In this document: piece after piece, positions 29,684 to 38,627 of the stretch
Numbering within the stretch: position 1 is the first letter of the stretch
How the letters are laid out: each line of letters opens with the position of its first letter
Source of the DNA: an uncultured Bacilli bacterium
Lineage (GTDB): Bacteria > Bacillota_I > Bacilli_A > RF39 > UBA660
Direction: 5' to 3'
Assembly (NCBI GenBank): GCA_947628585.1
Contig: CANRAL010000003.1
Coordinates: 1 to 63,731 of the forward strand
DNA length: 63,731 nucleotides
The notes under the pieces: generated by a model
What the model was told of the DNA's origin: nothing
What the model saw: the letters and a program-made list of their open reading frames with translations, nothing else
Database searches by the model: none
Program-made: the position numbers and the translations under genes

Positions 29684-31501
29684 ATGTTTGGAAAAATTGT
29701 TTATATTAATGATTCAGTAGCTCACATAGCAAATGCTGGTGGAAGTGCTTCAAGTAATGATTTAATGAATATGCATATTATATTTGAAGACAATAATCAA
29801 AGAATATTAGGAGAAATTACCGAAATTAATAGTGATGTTATTAAAGTTAGGTTTCTAGGAGAATATTTAGGAAATAGATATGTTAATGGAGTATTAAGAA
29901 AACCTTTATTGACTTCTAAAATCCGGATAATTAATCGTGAAGAGTTATTAGCCTTAATTGGAACTTATAATGATAAAACTTTTGTTTTAGGTGAAAGTGC
30001 TATTTATAAAGGTTTTAAATTATGTCCTAATGTCAATGATTTATTTTCCAATCATTTAGCTATCTTTGGAAACTCTGGTTCTGGTAAATCATGTGGAGTT
30101 GCCCGAATCGTTCAAAATATTTTTTCTAATCAATATGCAGTTCAATTTAATGCCAATTTATTTATCTTTGATGCATATGGCGAATATAAAAATGCTTTTG
30201 GGAAACTTAATGCGATAAATCCAAATTACAATTATAAATTTATTACGACTAATCCTACTGATCCAACTGATGTTTTATTAAAAATTCCTGTATGTTTACT
30301 TACATTAGATGACATTGCTTTGCTTTTACAAGCCAGTAGTCACTCTCAATTACCTATTTTGGAACATACTATAAAATTAGCTAAAATCTTTTCAATTAAT
30401 TCCGAAGAAACCGAAAAATATAAAAATCACGTTATAGCTAAAGCTATGTTGGCAGTACTATTTAGTAGTGAAACTATTTCCAATAAGAAAAATGAAATTT
30501 TTACAATTTTAGAAGTATGTAATACTAAAGATTTTAATTTTGATTCTACTATTCAAGGCTTAGGATATACTCGTAGTTTAAGTGAATGCTTTGAAATAGA
30601 TTCTAATGGTAATTTTGGAGAATCAGTTCTTATAACGGATTACATTTTAAAACATATTGATGATGAAATTGAAAATATGCCTGCTCCAAGTGATGCAAGT
30701 TATAATCTTCACGATTTAGCTCAAGCCTTAGAATTTACCTTAATTTCTCAAGGCTTCCAACATAATTCCAGTTTACATGATGATGCGATAATCTTAAAAG
30801 TACGGCTTAATTCGATAATTAATAGTAATTTAAATAATTATTTTACCAATGAAACTTTGTCAGTAAAAGATTATATTAATTCTTTAGTAAATTATAATGG
30901 CAAAAAAGCCCAAATTATAAATATTAATTTAGAGGATGTCGATGATGCTTATGCTAAAGTAATTGTAAAAATATTTTCTCGCATGATTTTCGAATTTTCT
31001 AAGTCTTGTGAAAAAAGAGCATCAATTCCTTTCCATTTATTTTTAGAAGAAGCCCATCGATATATTCAAAAAGATAATGATACTTTCCTAATTGGTTATA
31101 ATATTTTTGATCGTATTGCCAAAGAAGGTCGGAAATATGGGGTTATACTAGATATAATAAGCCAAAGACCAGTTGAAATATCTGATACAGTTATTGCTCA
31201 ATGTAATAATTTCTTAATTTTTAAAATGACTCACCCTTTAGATATAAAATATATAGAAGAAATGCTTCCCAATATTTCCGCGGATATACTTGATAAACAA
31301 AAAGTTTTACAACCTGGTAACTGTGTTTGCTTTGGAGGTGCCTTTAAAATTCCTATGATAGTAAAATTAGAGTTACCTAATCCTCTTCCATATAGTTCTA
31401 ACTGTGATGTTTCATCATGTTGGAAAATGGCTGATAATACTCCAAATAATAGTAATATTAATGTCGCTCCTGCTATGCCCACAAGTGGAAATTTTGCTTA
31501 A
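29684..31501 (+). CDS. HerA/DUF87-like P-loop ATPase
   Basis: HAS-barrel-like N-terminus (GKIVYINDSVAHI...GEITEINSDVIKVRFLGE), Walker A GNSGSGKS, Walker B HLFLEEAHRY. GAGGTGG RBS precedes the ATG at 29684. Confidence 0.7.
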   Translation: MFGKIVYINDSVAHIANAGGSASSNDLMNMHIIFEDNNQRILGEITEINSDVIKVRFLGEYLGNRYVNGVLRKPLLTSKIRIINREELLALIGTYNDKTFVLGESAIYKGFKLCPNVNDLFSNHLAIFGNSGSGKSCGVARIVQNIFSNQYAVQFNANLFIFDAYGEYKNAFGKLNAINPNYNYKFITTNPTDPTDVLLKIPVCLLTLDDIALLLQASSHSQLPILEHTIKLAKIFSINSEETEKYKNHVIAKAMLAVLFSSETISNKKNEIFTILEVCNTKDFNFDSTIQGLGYTRSLSECFEIDSNGNFGESVLITDYILKHIDDEIENMPAPSDASYNLHDLAQALEFTLISQGFQHNSSLHDDAIILKVRLNSIINSNLNNYFTNETLSVKDYINSLVNYNGKKAQIININLEDVDDAYAKVIVKIFSRMIFEFSKSCEKRASIPFHLFLEEAHRYIQKDNDTFLIGYNIFDRIAKEGRKYGVILDIISQRPVEISDTVIAQCNNFLIFKMTHPLDIKYIEEMLPNISADILDKQKVLQPGNCVCFGGAFKIPMIVKLELPNPLPYSSNCDVSSCWKMADNTPNNSNINVAPAMPTSGNFA

Positions 31502-31523
31502 AAATAATATTAATTAAATTATT

Positions 31524-31553
31524 AAAAAAATGCCTTATTTTAGGCACTTTTTT
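31524..31553 (+). terminator. Weak rho-independent terminator after the HerA-like gene
   Basis: TGCCT / AGGCA stem flanked by an A-run and a T-run. Confidence 0.45.
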
Positions 31554-31655
31554 AATGTATTAATAATATAATAAGGGGTAAAATTTGCAATTTTTAATAA
31601 AATCTGCTATAATAGTAAACATCCGCGTGAAAGAAAGGGTGTTTATTTAAATATT

Positions 31656-32450
31656 ATGAAAGAATATGTCCTGAGTAACAAAAAAGGGTTACTTTTAGTA
31701 TTAATTGCAGTACTAATAATGGGAGTTATAGAATTTCAAAATAGTAAAAATAATAAGATTTTAAATGAAAAATTAAAATATCAAGTAGTGGAAAGTAATA
31801 ATATGCGAGTAATTAATGCATATGATGCTAAAAAAGCTTTTTTAGAGGAAAATAGTCAAACCATTGCTTTTTATGCTAAAGCTTTTCGAATTAATTTAGA
31901 TACATTAAAAGAACATATATTTAAGGACTATGATTTATTTTTTAAAGACTCAACTATGGTAGATAAAGCTTTAATAGATTATTTATTTACTTTAGAAAAA
32001 AGTGATAAAAATTTATTTAATAATACAATATTAAGTAGTTTTCCAGATAAAGAATATATGTTAAACTTAATAAAATATTTTACTAATATATATCAAAATG
32101 TTGATTTTGCTACAGCCGCAGCTATTGCTCGAATTGAATCAGGTTATCGGGCTCAATATATGATCCAAAATAATAATATTTTTGGTGCTATGGCTAATGG
32201 TAAATTAATTAAATATAAAACTATTGAATATGGTATATTAAAATATATTAAATTATTAAGTGAAAATTATTATGGAAAAGGCCTAACAACCATTTCGGAA
32301 ATAGGGAGGGTATATAATCCAATAATTAACGAAAATGGTTTAAAACAAGCTAATCCTAATTGGGTTTATAATGTAACTAAAGTTACGGAAGAATATGAAA
32401 ATTTTACATCTAATCCTAAAGTGGAAGATTTATTAAATTTTACACTTTAA
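31656..32450 (+). CDS. Membrane-anchored glucosaminidase/muramidase-like peptidoglycan hydrolase
   Basis: N-terminal TM. AAAIARIESGY...NNNIFG resembles the glucosaminidase (FlgJ-type) signature. Promoter TTGCAA-17-TGcTATAAT lies upstream. Confidence 0.5.
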   Translation: MKEYVLSNKKGLLLVLIAVLIMGVIEFQNSKNNKILNEKLKYQVVESNNMRVINAYDAKKAFLEENSQTIAFYAKAFRINLDTLKEHIFKDYDLFFKDSTMVDKALIDYLFTLEKSDKNLFNNTILSSFPDKEYMLNLIKYFTNIYQNVDFATAAAIARIESGYRAQYMIQNNNIFGAMANGKLIKYKTIEYGILKYIKLLSENYYGKGLTTISEIGRVYNPIINENGLKQANPNWVYNVTKVTEEYENFTSNPKVEDLLNFTL

Positions 32451-32462
32451 AATGGAATATAG

Positions 32463-32491
32463 TTGTATAAAAATATTATATTTGATATAAT
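32463..32491 (+). promoter_or_regulatory. Sigma-A-type promoter (TTGTAT-17-TATAAT) driving the non-coding transcript below
   Basis: TTGTAT at 32463-32468 and TATAAT at 32486-32491. Confidence 0.55.
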
Positions 32492-32497
32492 AATAAT

Positions 32498-32678
32498 GTC
32501 TGAAGGATAAGTTTTATTAGTATAAAACCGACTAAGATAAAAATAAGGGAATCTAATTGGCTATGGTGTAGAATGCTTTCCCATTAAGTGAGAAAGAATC
32601 CTAAAGTAGTTCATGTGATTTACCACCTGCGGAGCGCGGGTTTTTATCAAATTAAGACTTTCCTTCGGATATTTTTTT
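32498..32678 (+). ncRNA. ssrS: Candidate 6S RNA (about 180 nt)
   Basis: No ORF. Consensus promoter upstream. The 5' end 32500-32516 can pair with 32652-32668 (about 16 bp, one bulge), giving a long closing stem, followed by a T7 tail. Internal GGGAA/TTCCC stem and a GC hairpin at 32625-32641 (T-run to 32645). Sits directly upstream of the tcdA/yrvM homologue, as B. subtilis 6S-1 does. Confidence 0.45.
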
Positions 32679-32702
32679 ATTTAAAAAATTTGGAGTATAA
32701 AG

Positions 32703-33371
32703 ATGGATGAAAGAATAATTGCTTTAATTGGTGAGGAAGCTAATTTAAAAATTAAAAGTATTAGTGTACTAATTGTTGGCCTTGGAGGAGTAGGCGGAAT
32801 GGCTGCTGAAGCTTTAGTTCGTAGTGGCATTCAAAATTTAACTATTATTGATAAAGACAAATTTGAAATTAGTAATTTAAATCGGCAAATAATGGCAACC
32901 AATGATACAATTAAAGAATATAAAACTGATAGTACTTTAAAGAGATTAAAAAGCATAAATCCTAATATAAATATTACCAGCCATAATATATTTTTAAATG
33001 CCGAAAATATCAATATTTTAAAAGAATATGATTACATTATAGATGCTTGTGATACTATTACTACTAAAATACTTTTAATAAAATATGCTTTAAAGCATCA
33101 AATTAAAATTATTAGTTGTATGGGAACTGGAAAACATTTAAATCCCGAAGAGTTATGCATCACTAGTTTAAATAAAACCTATAATTGTCCTTTAGCTAAA
33201 AAAATGCGAAATTTACTCAAAAAAGAAGGTATTACTACCAATATACCGGTAGTATTCTCTAAAGAAATACCTTTAAATAAAGACGAAAAGATTTCTTCCA
33301 TGATTTTTGTACCAGCCACCGCGGGATTAATGCTAGCTTATTATGTAATTAATGATTTAATTAAAAAATAA
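32703..33371 (+). CDS. tcdA: ThiF-family tRNA threonylcarbamoyladenosine dehydratase (YrvM/TcdA-like)
   Basis: Motifs GLGGVGG and DACD. The size and the neighbouring rarA match the B. subtilis yrvM-yrvN arrangement. Confidence 0.7.
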   Translation: MDERIIALIGEEANLKIKSISVLIVGLGGVGGMAAEALVRSGIQNLTIIDKDKFEISNLNRQIMATNDTIKEYKTDSTLKRLKSINPNINITSHNIFLNAENINILKEYDYIIDACDTITTKILLIKYALKHQIKIISCMGTGKHLNPEELCITSLNKTYNCPLAKKMRNLLKKEGITTNIPVVFSKEIPLNKDEKISSMIFVPATAGLMLAYYVINDLIKK

Positions 33372-33384
33372 TAGAGTTCAACTA

Positions 33385-34359
33385 TTATTTTTTTTCTATT
33401 AAAAATTTAGGTAACATATTAGGATTTTCGGCGTTATAAACTATGTCATATATTATATTTATTAAAGGTAAATTAATTCCTTTATGATTTAATATTTTAT
33501 AAACAACATCTAAAGTATAATATCCTTCAACCGTATTATTGGCTAAAAATTCTTTTATTTTTTGACTATTTTTAGTTTTTCCTATAATATAGCCAAATTG
33601 AAAGTTTCGACTTTTTTCACTAGTACAAGTAAGCATTAAATCGCCAATGCCAGCATAAGTTAAAATTGTTTTAGGATTACCACCCATATAGTAAATAATC
33701 TTTTCCATATCTTGAAGAGCTTCATTTATTAAAAATGCTTGGGTTGATTCGGAATAATTTAAGCCTTTAATAATACCTGAGGCTATTGCAAAACAATTTT
33801 TAATTGCCCCACATATTTGAATTCCAATTATATCCTTACAAGATTTTAATTTTAAATTATCATTACTTAATGCCTTAATTATAATTTTTTCATTATGTTT
33901 ATTTAAACTGGCGATTGCTAAAGCTACAGGATTATTATTAAACATATCTATAGCGAATGTTGGTCCAGATATAACTGATATATTATTAGTAAGTAATTTG
34001 CGTTTAACAATATTAGATAAAAATTCTTCACTGCTTTCTTCAATCCCTTTAGTTGCAATACATATAGCCATATTTTTGTGATAATATGGTTCTATATTTT
34101 GGCATACAATATCAACGTATTTAGATGCACAAGCAATAAAAATAATTTTACAATTTTCTAAGGCTAATTCTAAAGAATCAGTTACATTTATATTTTTAGG
34201 AATATCCGTATTATAAATACTTTTTAGAAAGTGAGTTTTATTAAATTCTTGAGCTATTTCTTTACTTTCAGTCCATAACCATATTTCATTATCCTTTAAA
34301 GCTAATTCTTTAGCTAAAGCTAAGCTATACATTCCGGTTCCAATAACACTTATTTTCAT
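33385..34359 (-). CDS. gpsA: NAD(P)H-dependent glycerol-3-phosphate dehydrogenase
   Basis: N-terminal Rossmann fold (KISVIGTGMYSLALA), GPTFA, GAIKN and C-terminal VEGYYT...LPLINIIYDIV. Confidence 0.75.
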   Translation of the reverse strand: MKISVIGTGMYSLALAKELALKDNEIWLWTESKEIAQEFNKTHFLKSIYNTDIPKNINVTDSLELALENCKIIFIACASKYVDIVCQNIEPYYHKNMAICIATKGIEESSEEFLSNIVKRKLLTNNISVISGPTFAIDMFNNNPVALAIASLNKHNEKIIIKALSNDNLKLKSCKDIIGIQICGAIKNCFAIASGIIKGLNYSESTQAFLINEALQDMEKIIYYMGGNPKTILTYAGIGDLMLTCTSEKSRNFQFGYIIGKTKNSQKIKEFLANNTVEGYYTLDVVYKILNHKGINLPLINIIYDIVYNAENPNMLPKFLIEKK

Positions 34360-35555
34360 TTTTTTCCTTTCATTTCATCGCTAACTCGATTAAGATTTTC
34401 TTCTATTTTATTATTTTTCTTATGATAGTAAATTCTATTTTTAATATTTTTAGGTAAATATTCTTGATATACATAATCATTTGGGTAATTATGAGGATAA
34501 ATATAATCTTTACTAGTTGTTTTAATATGATTTGGAACATTTCCTGTATTACCTTTATGAATATCATTTAAGGCCTCATCAATAGCTAAAATAGCACTAT
34601 TACTTTTAGGGGATAAAGCCATTTCAATAACTATTTCTCCTAAAGGAATGCGCGCCTCAGGTAAACCCACCAAATCTGCCGCTTCAATTGCTGCTCTAAG
34701 TCTGGGTCCCAATCCCGGATTAGCTAAACCAATATCTTCATAGACAATTACACTTAAACGACGATAAATACTATCCAAATCACCAGCCTCAATTAAACGA
34801 GCTAAATAATGCAAAGAAGCATTAACATCACTACCACGAATAGATTTTTGAAAAGCACTCAATACATCATAATGTCCATCTTCATTGGCATCATGAAAAA
34901 AAGCAGGTTTATTATTAATTTCTTTGACAATATCTAAGGTAATGTTTTTATCGACAGTTGAATAATAGGTAACTTCTAATAAATTTAAAGCAAATCTTAA
35001 ATCGCCACTTGCTAAATTACTAATATATTCTAAGGCCTCATCGGTAATCTTAATATTATCTAATTTATCACAAGCCAAACTTAAACCTTTTTTAATATCT
35101 ATACTACTTAATTCTTTTAATTCAAAAATTTGACACCGACTTCTTATAGCCGGATTAATTTTATGATAAGGATTACTAGTCGTTAAACCAATTAAAATAA
35201 TAGTTCCTTTTTCAATATAAGGTAATAATATATCTTGTTTATCCTTATTCATTCGATGAATTTCATCAATAACTAAAACTAATTCTCCATTCATTTTAGC
35301 TTCAATTATAGCATTATCAAAATCACTTTTATTATTAATTGTCGCATTCATAAATTTAGCTTTTAAATTCAATTCATTAATTATGGCATGCGCAATACTA
35401 GTTTTACCAATACCAGGTTTACCATATAATATCATTGAAAAAATTTTTTTATTTTTAACTAAATTATAAAGTATTTTATTTTCCCCAACTAAATGTTGTT
35501 GTCCTATAACTTCTTTTAAACTTTTAGGACGTAAAATATCCGCTAAAATTTCCAT
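34356..35555 (-). CDS. rarA: Replication-associated recombination protein A (AAA+ ATPase)
   Basis: Walker A GKPGIGKTS, Walker B VLVIDEIHR, and C-terminal SAFQKSIRGSDVNASLHYLARLIEAGD. Confidence 0.85.
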   Translation of the reverse strand: MEILADILRPKSLKEVIGQQHLVGENKILYNLVKNKKIFSMILYGKPGIGKTSIAHAIINELNLKAKFMNATINNKSDFDNAIIEAKMNGELVLVIDEIHRMNKDKQDILLPYIEKGTIILIGLTTSNPYHKINPAIRSRCQIFELKELSSIDIKKGLSLACDKLDNIKITDEALEYISNLASGDLRFALNLLEVTYYSTVDKNITLDIVKEINNKPAFFHDANEDGHYDVLSAFQKSIRGSDVNASLHYLARLIEAGDLDSIYRRLSVIVYEDIGLANPGLGPRLRAAIEAADLVGLPEARIPLGEIVIEMALSPKSNSAILAIDEALNDIHKGNTGNVPNHIKTTSKDYIYPHNYPNDYVYQEYLPKNIKNRIYYHKKNNKIEENLNRVSDEMKGKK

Positions 35556-35631
35556 ATAAATACCTCTAGTTATGATTATAACACTTTTTTTTCTTAAACA
35601 ATAGCGGTATAATTAATTAAAGAAGGTAATT

Positions 35632-36513
35632 ATGGACGATTATATTAAAGATTATTTAGATTATTTACAATATGAATTAAAAGTATCGACTAATACTTTA
35701 AAATCTTATCAAGAAAATTTAAATCAATTTGCCTTGTATTATAAATCTCGTAATTTACTTTTACTAACTAAAGACGAAATAAAAGATTTTTTATATAAAA
35801 TGGAAAAAAGTGCTAAAACAAAAGCTCATTATTTGACGGTAATTAATTCTTTTTATAATTATATGGTATTAATTGATAAAATTAAAATAAATCCCGCATT
35901 AACCATCAAAATGCCTAAAATTGCCAAAAACTTACCTAATTATTTAACAATTGAAGAAGTAGATAGACTTTTAGATATAAAACTCCGAAACTTCTATGAT
36001 TATCGAAATAAAGCAATGTTAGAGCTTCTTTATGCTACAGGCACTAGAATTAGTGAATTAATTAATTTAACTTTTAATCAAATAGATTTTGATGAATGCG
36101 TTATTAGAATAATGGGGAAGGGGAAGAAAGAAAGAATGATTCCCGTGAATGACGTTGCCATTGATTATTTAAAAGAATATATAAATAATTATCGCATTTT
36201 TCTCGTTAAAAAAAATAATAATTATGTTTTTCTAAATAAAAATGGAGATCCCATAAGTAGAGTAGGATTCTTTAAAATATTAAAGAAATTGTGTCAAGAT
36301 GCGGGAATTCAAAAAGATGTATCTCCTCATACTTTAAGACATTCTTTTGCTACTCATTTACTTAATAATGGTGCTGATTTAAGAGTTATTCAAGAATTAT
36401 TAGGTCATGAAAATTTAAGTACTACCGAAATATATTCCCATATTAGTAATAAAAAACTCGAGGAAGATTATCAAAATCATCCTCGAGCCAAAATTGAAAA
36501 AGGAATAAAATAA
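35632..36513 (+). CDS. XerC/XerD-family tyrosine recombinase
   Basis: N-terminal SAM-like core-binding domain (YLQYELKVSTNTLKSYQENL). Catalytic motifs ATGTRISEL, HTLRHSFATHLL and LGHENLSTTEIYSH. Confidence 0.85.
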   Translation: MDDYIKDYLDYLQYELKVSTNTLKSYQENLNQFALYYKSRNLLLLTKDEIKDFLYKMEKSAKTKAHYLTVINSFYNYMVLIDKIKINPALTIKMPKIAKNLPNYLTIEEVDRLLDIKLRNFYDYRNKAMLELLYATGTRISELINLTFNQIDFDECVIRIMGKGKKERMIPVNDVAIDYLKEYINNYRIFLVKKNNNYVFLNKNGDPISRVGFFKILKKLCQDAGIQKDVSPHTLRHSFATHLLNNGADLRVIQELLGHENLSTTEIYSHISNKKLEEDYQNHPRAKIEKGIK

Positions 36514-36526
36514 ATCTTTATTTTTT

Positions 36527-36661
36527 CTATTTTGATTCAGAGTTACGTGCACTATTTCTAGCACTATTTTGACTTCTGTTGTTATTACGTGCAGAATTAT
36601 TGGCTTTATTATTATTGCGAGCATTATTTCTTGCACTATTATTATTTCTTGCGTTACTCAT
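36527..36661 (-). CDS. 44-aa N/R/S-repeat peptide (MSNARNNNSARNNARNNNKANNSARNNNRSQNSARNSARNSESK), not in the ORF track
   Basis: GGGAGG RBS 7 nt before the ATG at 36661. The track ORF 36415..36636 is in another frame and looks spurious. Confidence 0.55.
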   Translation of the reverse strand: MSNARNNNSARNNARNNNKANNSARNNNRSQNSARNSARNSESK

Positions 36662-36740
36662 TTTCTTACCTCCCAGTCTTATTATGGCTTAATATTTAAT
36701 TTTTAAACTGCGAAATCATTGGTAAAATATAGTATTTATT

Positions 36741-36769
36741 TTGACAAATAATGGTTTTTAATTTATAAT
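36741..36769 (+). promoter_or_regulatory. Consensus sigma-A promoter TTGACA-17-TATAAT
   Basis: TTGACA at 36741-36746 and TATAAT at 36764-36769, upstream of ORF 36791. Confidence 0.65.
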
Positions 36770-36790
36770 ATACCATTCGAGGTGGAAAGT

Positions 36791-37405
36791 GTGGAAAAAG
36801 TTAAACCAATACCATTAAAATGGAAGAACGTAATAATTGATAATTCTTTACAATATAAACAATTAATAAAAGAACAAGGGTGGAGTAAAGAAGATATTTT
36901 AAGTAAGCTTAATACTGAAGAAAATGCGCAACTATTACATGAATTTTTAAAAAATAAAGAAAATGAAATTAGGGAAGGGTATGGAGAATTAAACCGAACC
37001 GTAATTAATTTTTCTTATCGTTTCTTTGCTACCGAAAGAGTTCATCATCAACAAGAAGAATATACAAAATTATTTCCTTATCGGCAATTTATAAGCATGA
37101 ATGATTACCAATACTTTTTTAATTCAGCTAATGAACAAAATAATATTAAAATTGAAGATAATATTCTTAAAAATATATGTTTGGTAAGAATAACAGTATC
37201 ATTTTATATTAATGATATGCATCTAGAAATAGTTTCTCCATTTAAATTGGGTGAAGAAATGGTAATTAATTTTAATAAATTTAGATCTTATTTCCAAAAT
37301 CTAGGATATAAATTAAGAGATTTAAATTTAATGGATGTTTTATATAATCCCGAAGAGTTATATACAATTGACTATGATTTAGAAAGAAAAAGAACAAAAA
37401 AATAA
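36791..37405 (+). CDS. Hypothetical protein
   Basis: GAGGTGG RBS 5 nt before the GTG at 36791 (track start 36782). Confidence 0.5.
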   Translation: MEKVKPIPLKWKNVIIDNSLQYKQLIKEQGWSKEDILSKLNTEENAQLLHEFLKNKENEIREGYGELNRTVINFSYRFFATERVHHQQEEYTKLFPYRQFISMNDYQYFFNSANEQNNIKIEDNILKNICLVRITVSFYINDMHLEIVSPFKLGEEMVINFNKFRSYFQNLGYKLRDLNLMDVLYNPEELYTIDYDLERKRTKK

Positions 37406-37437
37406 TAATGTTCTTTTTTTTACATATATTTTAAAAG

Positions 37438-38202
37438 GTGAGGAAAATGCAATTAATAAGTGCTTTATTAATTTCTAGCTTGGCTGGATTATCTACCATA
37501 ATCGGAGGATTAGTAATTTTCTTTAAGTTTAAAGAAAAGAATATTAATAAATTTATTACTGCTTCTTTAGCCTTTTCTTTAACGATTATGATTGGGATTA
37601 GTATTACTGATTTATTACCCGAATCCACTTATATTTTATTAAGTAATTATGGCATTACTAAAGGTATTATTTTAACTTTAATTTTATTTATATTAGGTAT
37701 TTTTTTAATTAAATACTTAAATAAATTAATTAAAAATACCGAAAACAAAAAATCCGATTTATATAAATTAGGAATCTTAAATATGTTAGCCTTAATATTA
37801 CATAATTTTCCTGAAGGTATTGCTACATTCATGAGTAGTTATAAAGATATAAATTTAGGATTAAAATTATCTTTAGCCATCGCTTTTCATAATATACCTG
37901 AAGGTATTAGCATAGCTGTACCAATTTATTATGCCACCAAAAGCAAAAAAGAAGCATTATTAAAAACATTATATTCGGGAGTTGCCGAACCAATTGGGGC
38001 CATTTTAGCCTACATTTTTTTAAGCAATTATATAACGGATAATTTAATCAGTATAGTTTTAATTTTAGTCGCCGGAATAATGATTTCTTTAGCTATTGAA
38101 GGTTTATTACCTAAAGCTCAAAAATATAAATTAAATAGATATTTATATTTAGGAATGTTTCTAGGTATTATTTTAATTTTATTTAATTATTTTGTATTTT
38201 AA
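37438..38202 (+). CDS. zupT: ZIP-family zinc transporter
   Basis: Motifs HNFPEGIATF and HNIPEGISIAVP in a polytopic membrane protein. Confidence 0.8.
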   Translation: MRKMQLISALLISSLAGLSTIIGGLVIFFKFKEKNINKFITASLAFSLTIMIGISITDLLPESTYILLSNYGITKGIILTLILFILGIFLIKYLNKLIKNTENKKSDLYKLGILNMLALILHNFPEGIATFMSSYKDINLGLKLSLAIAFHNIPEGISIAVPIYYATKSKKEALLKTLYSGVAEPIGAILAYIFLSNYITDNLISIVLILVAGIMISLAIEGLLPKAQKYKLNRYLYLGMFLGIILILFNYFVF

Positions 38203-38368
38203 AATGAAGTAGGAGACTCATTCAATATATTTATATTAATTATTTATAAAAATGTTTGTTCGTATACAATAATCATTATATATAATATAAAGTATAATTA
38301 AAATAATATCTTTATAAATATTATAATTATATATTAATATATTGTTTTTATTTTCTTTTCGAAGAGTT

Positions 38369-38396
38369 AGTTAACATAATATGACATTACATAACA
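38369..38396 (+). other. Left junction site (attL): AGTTAACATAA-TATGAC-ATTACATAACA
   Basis: The first 14 nt are shared with the other two sites. The remaining 14 nt are identical to the internal junction. Confidence 0.7.
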
Positions 38397-38424
38397 ATAA
38401 AAAGGCGCTTTGGAGCGTTTTTTT
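38397..38424. terminator. Bidirectional terminator between rep/att and the RHH gene (copy 1)
   Basis: AAAAAGGCGCT-ttgg-AGCGTTTTTTT, with an A-run and a T-run on either side. Confidence 0.55.
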
Positions 38425-38474
38425 ATTAAAAATATATAAAATATTTGCTTTTTTATAAATGTTTCTAAAAAGGG

Positions 38475-38627
38475 CTAATTTGAGCTTTTTTTGTTATTTT
38501 CTTCAAGCCATTTTAAAATTATTGTTTCTACTAGATTTGATAAAGTTCTATTTTCTTCTTGGGCAATATTATCTAATTCTTTTTTAACATCTTCTGTAGT
38601 TCTAAAAGTTATTGTTGTTGGTTCCAT
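38475..38627 (-). CDS. Ribbon-helix-helix (CopG/Arc-type) transcriptional repressor, 50 aa, not in the ORF track
   Basis: Translation MEPTTITFRTTEDVKKELDNIAQEENRTLSNLVETIILKWLEENNKKSSN, with a beta-strand then two helices. GGAGTG RBS 5 nt before the ATG at 38627. Confidence 0.7.
   Translation of the reverse strand: MEPTTITFRTTEDVKKELDNIAQEENRTLSNLVETIILKWLEENNKKSSN

Noticed and set aside
32625-32645. A GC hairpin plus T-run read as the expression platform of a riboswitch controlling tcdA.
   Set aside because: I could not match the upstream sequence to any riboswitch class I know (TPP, SAM, purine, FMN, preQ1, fluoride, T-box). The long-range 5'/3' closing stem and the synteny with B. subtilis bsrA favour a 6S RNA. 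The riboswitch reading is kept as the stated alternative.
35632-36513. Whether the XerC/D-family gene is the phage's own integrase.
   Set aside because: It lies 1.9 kb outside the repeated unit and is separated from it by host genes (a hypothetical gene and zupT). It is present once, not twice, so it is a host gene, although plausibly the enzyme the phage exploits.
38256-38265. A 10-nt match (TTGTTCGTAT) between the host left flank and the rep leader (42319-42328), as a possible relic of an earlier integration.
   Set aside because: It is a single short match in extremely AT-rich DNA with no flanking similarity.
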